A stretch of 64,000 nucleotides of DNA from an uncultured Ruminococcus sp. (GTDB lineage: Bacteria; Bacillota; Clostridia; Oscillospirales; Acutalibacteraceae). Positions 48,140 through 57,523 of the stretch are shown one piece after another. The notes under the pieces were generated by a model, which saw only the letters and a program-made list of their open reading frames with translations, was not told where the DNA came from and did no database searches. A program made the translations under genes and the position numbers. Where the stretch lies: contig CACYIC010000001.1 of NCBI GenBank assembly GCA_902774325.1, positions 15,403-79,402 on the forward strand. The letters run 5' to 3'. The first letter of the stretch is position 1, and each line of letters starts with the position of its first letter.

Positions 48140-48741
48140 TGGGACAGATAAAGGTAAGCAAGGCTCCGATCGAGGGGCTGTATATAATAGAGCCGAAGGT
48201 CTACGGCGACAGCCGCGGATATTTTGTTGAAACCTATAACCAAGAGGATATGCTCAAGGCGGGGCTCGGCATGGTTTTTGTCCAGGACAACCAGAGCAAG
48301 AGCCGCAAGGGTGTGCTCAGAGGTCTGCATTTCCAGAAGCAGCATCCCCAGGGCAAGCTAGTCAGGGTGCTCGAGGGAGAGGTTTTTGACGTCGCGGTCG
48401 ACCTCAGAAGGGACAGCGAAACCTACGGAAAATGGTTCGGGGTCATCCTCACCGCCGACAACAACAAGCAGTTTTATATTTCGGAGGGCTTTGCTCACGG
48501 CTTTCTGGTGCTCTCTGATTCCGCGACCTTCTGCTATAAATGCACCGATTTCTACCGCCCCGACGACGAGGGCGGTCTCGCGTGGAACGATCCCGAGATC
48601 GGAATAGACTGGCCCGAGCTGACGGGAGAGTACAGCGGAAGCTGTTCCTCAGAGGGCTACGCGATGAGCGACGGCACGCCGCTCAACCTCAGCGACAAGG
48701 ATCAGAAGTGGCTGGGCTTGAGGGACACCTTTTCCTTTTGA
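48139..48741 (+). CDS. rmlC: dTDP-4-dehydrorhamnose 3,5-epimerase
   Basis: DSRGYF, QDNQS, LRGLHFQ, GFAHGF. Confidence 0.95.
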   Translation: MGQIKVSKAPIEGLYIIEPKVYGDSRGYFVETYNQEDMLKAGLGMVFVQDNQSKSRKGVLRGLHFQKQHPQGKLVRVLEGEVFDVAVDLRRDSETYGKWFGVILTADNNKQFYISEGFAHGFLVLSDSATFCYKCTDFYRPDDEGGLAWNDPEIGIDWPELTGEYSGSCSSEGYAMSDGTPLNLSDKDQKWLGLRDTFSF

Positions 48742-48749
48742 TTTCAAGG

Positions 48750-48857
48750 CAAGCGGCGCTTTAGCCCGCTTGTCCTTTCCCCGCAACGCCCTTTGGCGTT
48801 GTGGGGAGAGGAGGAGCCGCAACGCGCGCACGACAACGGTCACGCTTGACCGTTGTC
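48750..48857. repeat. Cluster of three hairpins adjoining a repeat arm
   Basis: CAAGCGG/CCGCTTG; TCCTTTCCCCGCAACGCC/GGCGTTGTGGGGAGAGGA; perfect GACAACGGTCA/TGACCGTTGTC. Confidence 0.6.
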
Positions 48858-48881
48858 AGCAAGCACAGTGAGCGACGACGA

Positions 48882-48949
48882 GACGACAACGCAGCTATGC
48901 GAAATTTAACGCGACAGATGTTAAAGTGTTTTATTAGAAGATAGTATTA
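48882..48949 (-). repeat. Copy of the left arm of the 7618-7776 element
   Basis: Reverse complement is 65/68 identical to 7616-7683. Confidence 0.9.
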
Positions 48950-48974
48950 CATAAAAAGAGTAGGAGAAAATAGT

Positions 48975-50282
48975 GTGAAACGCGTATCGGTAATAGCTTT
49001 ATTTGTCATAATGGTTTGTCTCAGCGTTTTTCCCGCCTCGGCGGTGGATTATATGTTTGACGCGGAGACCGTATCGAAATCTGTATATCTGGAGAGCCTC
49101 AGCGCCAAGACTGTCGTTTATGAGAAGGACGCCGACCGGCGGAGCTATCCCGCTTCTACCACAAAGATCATGACTTACATCATAACTGCGGAGAATGTTT
49201 CCGATTTTGATCAAACCGCCGTCACCATAAGGCAGGATGCGATCGAGGGACTTGACCCGGAAAGCACGGTCATGGGCTTGTCGTCGCATATCGGCGAGCA
49301 GGTCTCTGTCAGGGATCTGCTGTACGGTCTTATGCTCCCGTCCGGCAATGACGCGGCGCTGGTGCTGGCGGATTATGTCGGCGGAAGTATCCCGGAATTT
49401 GTGTCGAAGATGAACGCCAAAGCCGCGGAGCTTGGCTGCACTAACACGCATTTTGTCAATCCCCACGGGCTTTTTGACTCCGAGCACTATACTACCGCCC
49501 GTGATATGGCTCAAATCGCCAAGTACGCCATGACGCTCCCCGGCTTCATGGAGATATGCAATACGGTCTATTATACGCCTGACGGCTTCGACACCCTGCA
49601 CAACACCAATTATATGCTTGACGAGTACGCGGAGGACGGCGCGTACTACTACCCTTATACCAGGGGCATCAAGACCGGATATCTTGACGAGGCGGGCAAG
49701 TGCCTGGTGACCTCCTCCGATAAGGAAGGCGATCAGTATATCTGCGTGTGCCTCGGAGCGGATTATTCGTTCTCGGAAAACATCAACTACGCGATGAAGG
49801 ACACCGCGAAGCTCTATGACTGGGCGTATGAGAATTTGGGCGTGCAGACGATCTACAGCCCTTCGGACAGCCTTGCTTCCGTGGATGTTAAGTATGTCCG
49901 GGAAGGAAAGACGCTGAGCGCGGTCCCCGAAAAGGAGATCACAGCCTTTCTTCCGAAGCAATACGATAAAAACCGCTTGGATACCCGAATCAGCTGCCCC
50001 GATCAGGTCGAGGCGCCCGTTAAAAAGGGAGATGTTCTCGGAACGGTCAGCGTTCGGTATGAGGATCTGGAGCTGGGTACGGTCAACCTTGTCGCCACCG
50101 AGGATGTCGAGCGCAACGTCTCGCACTTGAGGGCGTTCGTCCAGGAGCATACCAAGCTGACTGTGATCTCAGCCGTGTCGCTGCTCCTGCTCATCATTTT
50201 TCTGATAGTTCTGATCCGTATTAAGTCCGTCCGCAAGCGTCGCGGTAAGCGTCCGAGCAATGGCCGCAGATACAGAGATTGA
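48975..50282 (+). CDS. D-alanyl-D-alanine carboxypeptidase (peptidase S11) with C-terminal TM anchor
   Basis: PASTTKIMT (SxxK), LMLPSGNDAA (SxN), IKTG; terminator 50372-50402. Confidence 0.92.
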   Translation: MKRVSVIALFVIMVCLSVFPASAVDYMFDAETVSKSVYLESLSAKTVVYEKDADRRSYPASTTKIMTYIITAENVSDFDQTAVTIRQDAIEGLDPESTVMGLSSHIGEQVSVRDLLYGLMLPSGNDAALVLADYVGGSIPEFVSKMNAKAAELGCTNTHFVNPHGLFDSEHYTTARDMAQIAKYAMTLPGFMEICNTVYYTPDGFDTLHNTNYMLDEYAEDGAYYYPYTRGIKTGYLDEAGKCLVTSSDKEGDQYICVCLGADYSFSENINYAMKDTAKLYDWAYENLGVQTIYSPSDSLASVDVKYVREGKTLSAVPEKEITAFLPKQYDKNRLDTRISCPDQVEAPVKKGDVLGTVSVRYEDLELGTVNLVATEDVERNVSHLRAFVQEHTKLTVISAVSLLLLIIFLIVLIRIKSVRKRRGKRPSNGRRYRD

Positions 50283-50417
50283 TTCGATCATCGACGGAGA
50301 AAGCGCCCATCGGCGCGGCGCCGATTCGGAAATGCGTTGCCTTTCCGATCGGCAGTTTAGGATAATGACATGGGCGGCTTCCGAATAAGGAGCCGCTCTT
50401 TTGATTTGTATTATCTT

Positions 50418-50437
50418 ATACTATCTTCTAATAAAAC
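50418..50437 (+). repeat. Isolated terminal 20-mer of the 7618-7776 element
   Basis: ATACTATCTTCTAATAAAAC identical to 7618-7637. Confidence 0.7.
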
Positions 50438-50439
50438 CC

Positions 50440-50490
50440 TTGACTATGTAAATGTTAAGTGATATGATATAAGAAACGAATATATGTTCG
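50440..50490 (+). promoter_or_regulatory. recQ promoter with LexA/DinR (SOS) box
   Basis: TTGACT-17-TATGAT (50440-50468); CGAATATATGTTCG (50477-50490) has one mismatch to the Firmicute SOS box CGAAC-N4-GTTCG. Confidence 0.75.
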
Positions 50491-50511
50491 CAAAAATAGG
50501 GCGGTGATTTG

Positions 50512-52563
50512 ATGGTGTCGGATAAGCTTGAGGTATTAAAAAAGTATTTCGGTTACAGCTGTTTTCGCAACGGGCAGGAGGAGCTGATCGACTCTCTGCT
50601 TGCGGGACGGGACGTCCTCGGAATAATGCCGACAGGCGCGGGCAAGTCGCTTTGTTATCAGATCCCGGCTATTATGACGGACGGTATGACCCTTGTGATC
50701 TCGCCGCTGATCTCGCTGATGAAGGATCAGGTCAACTCCTTGGTTCAGCAGGGAGTCAGCGCGGCGTATCTCAACCGATCCCTGACCGACGGGCAGTTTC
50801 GCAAGGCGCTCATGAACGCCGCAAACGGGAAATACAAGATAATCTATGTCGCTCCCGAAAGGCTTGAATCGAGCTCTTTTTTATGGTTTGCGATGAACGC
50901 CGATATCTCTCTGATCGCGGTTGATGAAGCGCACTGCGTTTCGCAGTGGGGACAGGATTTCCGTCCGAGTTATCTTAATATCAATTCATTTATCTCAAAG
51001 CTGAACCGCCGCCCTGTTATCGGCGCGTTCACCGCGACAGCCACCGAGGAAGTCAAGAACGACATCGTAAGCTTATTGGATCTGAACGATCCTCTCAGAG
51101 TAACAACCGGCTTTGACCGTCCTAATCTGTTTTTCTCGGTAATGAAACCGAAAAGCAAATCCGATAAGCTGCTTGAGCTCATCAGGGAAAGAAACGGACA
51201 GTCAGGCATCGTCTACTGCTCGACCCGTAAGAGGGTGGAAGAGGTCTGCGCATTACTGAACAGTAACGGGATTTCCGCGACGCGCTATCACGCGGGTCTG
51301 GAGGATAATGAGCGCGTTAAGAATCAGGATGATTTTGTCTACGACCGCAAGACTGTGATGGTCGCGACAAACGCTTTCGGAATGGGTATCGACAAATCCG
51401 ACGTGCGTTTTGTTATCCACTACAATATGCCGAAAAACATTGAAAGCTACTATCAGGAGGCGGGTCGCGCGGGACGTGACGGATTGGACGCGGATTGCGT
51501 TTTGCTTTACTCTAGAGCGGACGTCAGCACCTGCAAATACTTCATAGAAAATATAGAGGACAACGAGGAGTTATCCCAAGAGCAAAAGGAGCTTTTCAGA
51601 CAAAAGGAAGAGGAACGCCTGAAGCAAATGGTGTTCTACTGCACTACAAGCAACTGTCTGCGCGGATATATGCTGAGATACTTCGGCGATGAATATAAGG
51701 AGTCCTGCGGCAAATGCTCAAATTGCCTGACTGAATTTGAGACTGTGGATGTCACCGTTGAAGCGCAGAAGATACTCTCCTGCGTCATCAGGACAGGGCA
51801 GAATTACGGCGTTAAGATGATAACCGACGTTCTGAGAGGAGTATCCTCGGACAGAATAACAAGGGCGAGGCTCGACCGCCAATCGACCTTTGGCATTATG
51901 AAGGACGTAAAGGCGGCGGAGATAAAATACATCATAGAAAAGCTCGAGGAACAGGAGTACATCATTTCTGTCGGGGCGGGAAAACCGATCCTGCGCGTAA
52001 CCGAAATGAGCTATCCGGTATTGAGAGGCAGCGCGAGCGTTAAGATTCGCAATGCGAAACAGCTCATTTCAAAAGCTCAAAAAGCAGATATCCAAGCCGT
52101 TGATCCGGAGCTGTTCGATGCATTGAAGGTCGTAAGAACGGAGTTTGCGAAGAAGAAGGGAGTGCCCGCGTTCGTTATCTTCTCCGACGCGACTCTTGCC
52201 GATATGTGCCGTGTCATGCCGACAACAGAAGCTGAATTTCTGTCCGTCAACGGCGTAGGCGCAAACAAGCTTGAAAAATACGGCGAGGCGTTTTTGAAGG
52301 TCATCAGAAAATATGCTGAGACTGTAGAAGCGGAAAACGACAATGCGATCGAACCGCAAAAGACGTATTCGGTCGAAAAGATCAGGGCAAAGGGTCTGTC
52401 TTGCGCGTACGCTCCGTGGACAAACGAGGAAGCGAAAAGATTGGAAGAAGAATACGCCGCGGGCATCCCGATTAAAGAATTATCGAAGCTCCACGGCAGA
52501 TCAGAGGGAGCGATAAGAGCAAGGCTAAAGAAGAATGAGTCGGCAAGCTTAGGCAACGGTTAA
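50512..52563 (+). CDS. recQ: RecQ helicase with RQC, HRDC and an additional C-terminal HTH-like extension
   Basis: PTGAGKS, VDEAHCVSQWG.DFRP, ATNAFGMGIDK, QEAGRAGRDG, C..C Zn region, PAFVIFSDATL. Confidence 0.95.
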   Translation: MVSDKLEVLKKYFGYSCFRNGQEELIDSLLAGRDVLGIMPTGAGKSLCYQIPAIMTDGMTLVISPLISLMKDQVNSLVQQGVSAAYLNRSLTDGQFRKALMNAANGKYKIIYVAPERLESSSFLWFAMNADISLIAVDEAHCVSQWGQDFRPSYLNINSFISKLNRRPVIGAFTATATEEVKNDIVSLLDLNDPLRVTTGFDRPNLFFSVMKPKSKSDKLLELIRERNGQSGIVYCSTRKRVEEVCALLNSNGISATRYHAGLEDNERVKNQDDFVYDRKTVMVATNAFGMGIDKSDVRFVIHYNMPKNIESYYQEAGRAGRDGLDADCVLLYSRADVSTCKYFIENIEDNEELSQEQKELFRQKEEERLKQMVFYCTTSNCLRGYMLRYFGDEYKESCGKCSNCLTEFETVDVTVEAQKILSCVIRTGQNYGVKMITDVLRGVSSDRITRARLDRQSTFGIMKDVKAAEIKYIIEKLEEQEYIISVGAGKPILRVTEMSYPVLRGSASVKIRNAKQLISKAQKADIQAVDPELFDALKVVRTEFAKKKGVPAFVIFSDATLADMCRVMPTTEAEFLSVNGVGANKLEKYGEAFLKVIRKYAETVEAENDNAIEPQKTYSVEKIRAKGLSCAYAPWTNEEAKRLEEEYAAGIPIKELSKLHGRSEGAIRARLKKNESASLGNG

Positions 52564-52658
52564 ATTCTTACGCCCGGTGCGGCAAACAGGTTTTTGCGGG
52601 CAAATGGGGCTAACAAACAACAAACCGAGATGGTTACATATCGGTATCGCTTGGCGAT

Positions 52659-52697
52659 AAAAAAACAGCCGCGTCAATTTTTCGGTTGACGCGGCTG
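52659..52697. terminator. Strong hairpin downstream of recQ
   Basis: CAGCCGCGTCAA / TTGACGCGGCTG perfect 12-bp stem, A-run on the left. Confidence 0.65.
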
Positions 52698-52953
52698 AAC
52701 TGATATACCAACCTTATCGGCGTTGAGAGGAGCCGGAAATTTTACAAATTTTTCAAATCATAAATCGGACGTTTCTTCTAACAATACTATTGCGACGCGA
52801 AATTGCGAAGGCAAAGCGCCGCTTGAGATAGATGAAAGCCGGTTTCATTTTTCTGTTTTCAAAAGCTGAAAAGCAGCATCGCCTCGGAGAGAGCAAAAGC
52901 CTCTGCCGGTCGGGTGATGATGAGATCGGCAGAGTGAAAAAGGAGAAAGAACG

Positions 52954-53154
52954 ATGTCAAACAACAACAACAACCAGCTCAACGTGCCCGAGGCAAGAGA
53001 AGCTATGAACCGCTTCAAGATGGAGTGCGCGAACGAAGTCGGCGTAAACCTCAAGCAGGGCTACAACGGCGACCTCTCTTCCAGAGAAGCAGGCTCCGTC
53101 GGCGGTCAGATGGTCAAGAAAATGATTGAGTCCTACGAGAACAGCATGAAGTAA
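52954..53154 (+). CDS. Alpha/beta-type small acid-soluble spore protein
   Basis: FKMECANEVGV, GDLSSREAGSVGGQMVKKMI. Confidence 0.95.
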   Translation: MSNNNNNQLNVPEAREAMNRFKMECANEVGVNLKQGYNGDLSSREAGSVGGQMVKKMIESYENSMK

Positions 53155-53317
53155 TTTTCCGAAGTCTTTGACTTTGGGATCGCTTCCCTGTTTTTGGGAA
53201 AGCGGGGGATGGGCGCTCTCCGATAGGGGGGCGCGGAAAACCGCAAAAAACGGCTGTATCGGGCGTTTGCCCTTGATACAGCCGTTGATTTTTTGTTTGA
53301 TGTTATGGATCGCGCGG

Positions 53318-54871
53318 TTATTTCGCGAAGTCGGAGGCGCGGCTCTCTCGGATGATATTGACCTTGATCTGTCCGGGATAGTCGAGCTCGTTTTCGATTT
53401 TTTTGCAGATCTCACGCGCGAGGGGAATCATGCGCTCATCCTTGACGACCTCGGGCTTGACCATGACTCTGACCTCGCGGCCTGCCTGGATCGCGAAGCT
53501 GCGCTCAACGCCGTTGAAGGAGGAGGCGACCTCCTCGAGCTTCTGGAGACGCTTGATGTAATTCTCAACATTCTCGCGTCTTGCTCCGGGACGCGCCGCG
53601 GACAGGGCATCCGCCGCCTGGACGAGAATAGCGACGATAGTCTTTGCCTCAACATCGCCGTGGTGGGCGTGGATGGCATGGATGACCTGTTCGCTTTCCT
53701 TATATTTTCTGGCGAGGTCTACGCCGATCTGGATGTGCGTTCCCTCAACCTCGTGATCGATTGATTTTCCGATATCATGAAGCAGACCCGCGCGCTTCGC
53801 GACGGTGGGATCAAGTCCCAGCTCGCTCGCCATGGTTCCCGCGAGATAAGCCACTTCAATTGAGTGATTAAGTACGTTCTGTCCGTAGCTGGTACGGTAA
53901 CGCAGTCTTCCGAGCAGCTTGACAAGCTCGGGATGGATATTGTGGATGCCGAGCTCAAGCACGGCGCGTTCGCCCTCGCGCTTGATGGTCTGGTCAACCT
54001 CTCTTCTTGCTTTTTCGACCGTTTCCTCGATCCTGGCGGGATGAATACGTCCGTCGGAAATGAGCTTTTCGAGCGCGACCCTGGCGACCTCGCGCCTGAC
54101 GGGTTCAAAGCACGACAGAGTGATCGCCTCCGGCGTGTCGTCGATAATAAGATCAACGCCCGTGAGCGTTTCAATGGCGCGGATATTTCTTCCCTCGCGT
54201 CCGATGATCCTGCCCTTCATCTCATCGTTGGGCAGCGGTACGACCGAAATCGTAGCCTCAGCAACCTGCTCGGCGGCAAGCCGCTGGATTGAAAGTGAAA
54301 TGATGTTTCTTGCCTTTTCGTCTGCTTCTTCCTTGAGCTGCTCCTGATACTCCATGATCTTCACGGACTTTTCATGAGTGAGCTCGTCCTCGAGCTGTGA
54401 AAGCAAATAGCCCTTTGCCTGTTCGGCGGTATAGCCCGAAATCTTTTCGAGCATTTCAAACTGACTCTTCTTGATGGTCTCGATCTCGGCGAGCTTGGAG
54501 TCAGCGTCCTTCAGCTTCTTGTTTACCTTTTCCTCTTTCTTCTCGACATTGTCGAGCTTGCGGTCAAGGGTCTCTTCCTTCTGCTGGATCCTGCGCTCCT
54601 GGCGCTGAACGTCCTTGCGGCGATCGGCGATCTCCTTTTCGCTTTCGCTGCGGAACTTCTGGACCTCTTCCTTGCCCTCGAGGATGACCTCCTTCTTGCG
54701 GGACTCGGCGGATTTGATAGCGTCGGCGACGATCTTCTTCGCTTCTTCCTCAGCGCTGCCGATTTCCTTTTCGGCGGTATTCTTGCGGATCTGTATTCCC
54801 ACAAGGATTCCGATCGCCGCGCCCGCGAGTATTCCGACGATGATCAAAACAATAGCAAGCGGCATTTCCAT
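53318..54871 (-). CDS. rny: Ribonuclease Y
   Basis: N-terminal TM, coiled coil, [23 protein letters not shown]; promoter TTGACA-17-TAAAAT at 55164-55136. Confidence 0.95.
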   Translation of the reverse strand: MEMPLAIVLIIVGILAGAAIGILVGIQIRKNTAEKEIGSAEEEAKKIVADAIKSAESRKKEVILEGKEEVQKFRSESEKEIADRRKDVQRQERRIQQKEETLDRKLDNVEKKEEKVNKKLKDADSKLAEIETIKKSQFEMLEKISGYTAEQAKGYLLSQLEDELTHEKSVKIMEYQEQLKEEADEKARNIISLSIQRLAAEQVAEATISVVPLPNDEMKGRIIGREGRNIRAIETLTGVDLIIDDTPEAITLSCFEPVRREVARVALEKLISDGRIHPARIEETVEKARREVDQTIKREGERAVLELGIHNIHPELVKLLGRLRYRTSYGQNVLNHSIEVAYLAGTMASELGLDPTVAKRAGLLHDIGKSIDHEVEGTHIQIGVDLARKYKESEQVIHAIHAHHGDVEAKTIVAILVQAADALSAARPGARRENVENYIKRLQKLEEVASSFNGVERSFAIQAGREVRVMVKPEVVKDERMIPLAREICKKIENELDYPGQIKVNIIRESRASDFAK

Positions 54872-55308
54872 TTCACTAGCACCTCCTTCTTTTTTGATTT
54901 GTTGTTAATTTCATAATTAATCAATCAAATAGCTTCAAAAGGTGCCGTTAATACGATATTCAATTTTCAAAAAATATTTTTTATAAAAGCGTTCGCGCGG
55001 AACTCCCCGAAAAAATAATGAATCTATAAAAAATATCTATATATAACGGCTCTTTTAAAGAGTCTGATTATAAAAGAGCAAGGGATGACAATTCTCCCGT
55101 GCACAGCCCATAAGCCCATAATACGGACTATACATATTTTATATTACTTTGTCCTCGTTGTCAAGTCGGTAAGAGGGGTTTTGTGAAAATAATTTTGTTT
55201 TGGAAAAATAAAAACAACAATCGTCAACAGAGCGGCAAGAAATTTTAATTAATTGGCGCCCTATAGTCGTTTTTAACGAAAAAATATTGCTAAAATACGC
55301 CAAGCCTA

Positions 55309-55337
55309 TTGATTAAATGAAAAAAATGTAATATAAT
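55309..55337 (+). promoter_or_regulatory. Sigma-A promoter of gap
   Basis: TTGATT-17 bp-TATAAT. Confidence 0.7.
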
Positions 55338-55370
55338 ATATCTATCTTAATTATTTAGGAGGAATTTTTT

Positions 55371-56402
55371 ATGTCAGTAAAAGTTGCTATCAACGGCTTC
55401 GGCCGTATCGGTCGTCTTGCTTTCAGACAGATGTTCGGCGCAGAGGGCTATGAGGTCGTTGCCATCAACGATCTTACCAACCCCAAGATGCTTGCCAACC
55501 TTCTCAAGTACGACACCGCTCAGAAGGGCTATTGCGGAACGATCGGCGAGAACCTTCACACCGTAGAGGCAGGCGAGAACTCCATTATCGTTGACGGTAA
55601 GGAGATCACCATCTACGCCGAGCCCGACGCTTCCAAGCTTCCCTGGGGCGAGCTCGGTATCGACGTTGTTCTCGAGTGCACAGGCTTCTACTGCTCAAAG
55701 GCTAAGAGCCAGGCTCACATCGACGCAGGCGCCAAGAAGGTAGTTATCTCCGCTCCCGCGGGCAACGATCTTCCCACCGTTGTATTCAGCGTTAACGAGA
55801 ACACCCTCACCGCTGAGGACACCATCATCTCCGCTGCTTCCTGCACCACCAACTGCCTCGCTCCCATGGCTGATACTCTCAACAAGTACGCCGAGATCCA
55901 GAGCGGCATCATGAGCACCATCCACGCTTACACAGGCGACCAGATGATCCTCGACGGTCCCCACAGAAAGGGCGACTTCAGAAGAGCGAGAGCCGGCGCT
56001 GCCAACATCGTTCCCAACTCAACAGGCGCTGCCAAGGCTATCGGTCTTGTAATCCCCGAGCTCAACGGCAAGCTCATCGGATCCGCTCAGCGTGTTCCTG
56101 TTCCCACAGGCTCCACCACCATCCTCACAGCTGTTGTTAAGGGCGACGACGTTACCGTAGAGGGCATCAACGCCGCTATGAAGGCTGCCGCTTCCGAGTC
56201 CTTCGGCTACAACGAGGATCCCATCGTATCCTCCGACGTTATCGGCATGAGATACGGCTCGCTCTTCGACGCTACCCAGACAATGGTTTCCAAGGTTGCC
56301 GACGGTCTGTATGAGGTTCAGGTTGTTTCCTGGTATGACAACGAGAACTCCTACACCAGCCAGATGGTCAGAACCATTAAGTATTTCGCAGAGCTCGGCT
56401 GA
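55371..56402 (+). CDS. gap: Glyceraldehyde-3-phosphate dehydrogenase (type I)
   Basis: [27 protein letters not shown]; terminator 56433-56459. Confidence 0.97.
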   Translation: MSVKVAINGFGRIGRLAFRQMFGAEGYEVVAINDLTNPKMLANLLKYDTAQKGYCGTIGENLHTVEAGENSIIVDGKEITIYAEPDASKLPWGELGIDVVLECTGFYCSKAKSQAHIDAGAKKVVISAPAGNDLPTVVFSVNENTLTAEDTIISAASCTTNCLAPMADTLNKYAEIQSGIMSTIHAYTGDQMILDGPHRKGDFRRARAGAANIVPNSTGAAKAIGLVIPELNGKLIGSAQRVPVPTGSTTILTAVVKGDDVTVEGINAAMKAAASESFGYNEDPIVSSDVIGMRYGSLFDATQTMVSKVADGLYEVQVVSWYDNENSYTSQMVRTIKYFAELG

Positions 56403-56513
56403 TCGCTGACTTCTGAAATCCAATATCGCTTCAGGGCTGTCCGAAAGGGCAGCCCTTTTGCCGCGCACTTTTGCGCAGCGGAAAGATTTGTCCGCCGCTG
56501 AAAACAGGCGGAG

Positions 56514-56557
56514 TGCGCCCGCTTGAGCTTTAAGTTGCGCCCGCTTGAGCTTTAAGT
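56514..56557 (+). repeat. Perfect tandem duplication of a 22-bp unit directly upstream of a -35 box
   Basis: TGCGCCCGCTTGAGCTTTAAGT twice. Confidence 0.9.
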
Positions 56558-56561
56558 ATTA

Positions 56562-56590
56562 TTGACAAGCAATCTCAATAGTACTATAAT
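56562..56590 (+). promoter_or_regulatory. Perfect sigma-A promoter
   Basis: TTGACA-17 bp-TATAAT. Confidence 0.85.
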
Positions 56591-56658
56591 GTTTATTGAA
56601 TCAAGATCCACCCACGCGAGGAAAGCGTTTCTTTATTAATTGAAAGCGAGGAAATACG

Positions 56659-57378
56659 ATGCTTGTTAAATTCTTCTGCACAAAATGCGGCAATAAGATC
56701 GAATCGGACGATTCGAGGGAAAGCATTTTCTGTATGCGCTGCGGATCCCGCGAGACTGTTCCGAGAAGAGGCTTTGCGCAGCAGACCGCCGCGCCTGCTC
56801 AACCCGCCGCGCCTGCTCAGACCGCCGCGCCCGTTCAGCCGGCGCCGAAGGAGCCTAATCTTGTTGTCAGCTATATGTCCATCAATCCGTCCGTGACCAT
56901 GATCCTCGAGATCCCCGCTATAACCCAAAGCTTCATGTTCCAAAGCGGCTATAGGGGCGCTTATTCGCTGGTGCCGGGTCAGCACCGCATCGTCCTTCAG
57001 ATCGGAAGGAAGCGCTACGCGCGCAACGTCTTTCTCTCCTCGCAGGGTCAGCCAGTTATAGTTGACGCGAGCTGGGACGGCAGGGCGCGCATAGACGTCA
57101 AGCAGCCCTTCATAACAGTTCCCGGTTATCCCGCGCCCGAGCCCGTTCCTTATCAGCAGGGTGCGCAGCAATATCCGCAGCAGCCCGTTGAGCCGTCTTA
57201 CGCGCAGCAGCCTGTTCAGCCCGAGCCCTCCGCTCCCACGACAAGGCTGGCTCCTCCCGCCGAGGAAGCCGCCGCGCTTCCGGCGCCTGCCAAAGAGCCC
57301 GACGCTCCGACGACCAGCCTTGCTCCGACGCCCGCCGCGCCCGAGCCCGCCGCTGCGATCGACGACGAGACGTTTTGA
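56659..57378 (+). CDS. Zinc-ribbon protein with Pro/Ala/Gln-rich low-complexity regions
   Basis: CTKCG...CMRCG; 3 x 18-bp minisatellite at 56782-56835 (QTAAPA/QPAAPA); RBS GAGG. Confidence 0.7.
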   Translation: MLVKFFCTKCGNKIESDDSRESIFCMRCGSRETVPRRGFAQQTAAPAQPAAPAQTAAPVQPAPKEPNLVVSYMSINPSVTMILEIPAITQSFMFQSGYRGAYSLVPGQHRIVLQIGRKRYARNVFLSSQGQPVIVDASWDGRARIDVKQPFITVPGYPAPEPVPYQQGAQQYPQQPVEPSYAQQPVQPEPSAPTTRLAPPAEEAAALPAPAKEPDAPTTSLAPTPAAPEPAAAIDDETF

Positions 57379-57446
57379 TACTATTCTCAATTAAAAGATT
57401 AAAACAGATGTCAGCGGAAAATTTCGCAGAGCAAGGCGGATGACGC
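57378..57446 (-). repeat. Copy of the right arm of the 7618-7776 element
   Basis: 57398-57446 is 48/49 identical to the reverse complement of 7706-7754; degenerate terminus ATACTATT starts at the upstream gene's stop codon. Confidence 0.88.
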
Positions 57447-57467
57447 CGAAAAAATAATCCAAGAAAA

Positions 57468-57516
57468 TAAACAAGGCAGCGCTTTACCGCTAGGGTAGGC
57501 GCTGCCTTGAGTTTTT
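57468..57516. terminator. Bidirectional terminator
   Basis: CAAGGCAGCGC / GCGCTGCCTTG with A- and T-rich flanks. Confidence 0.75.
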
Positions 57517-57523
57517 GTATCGC

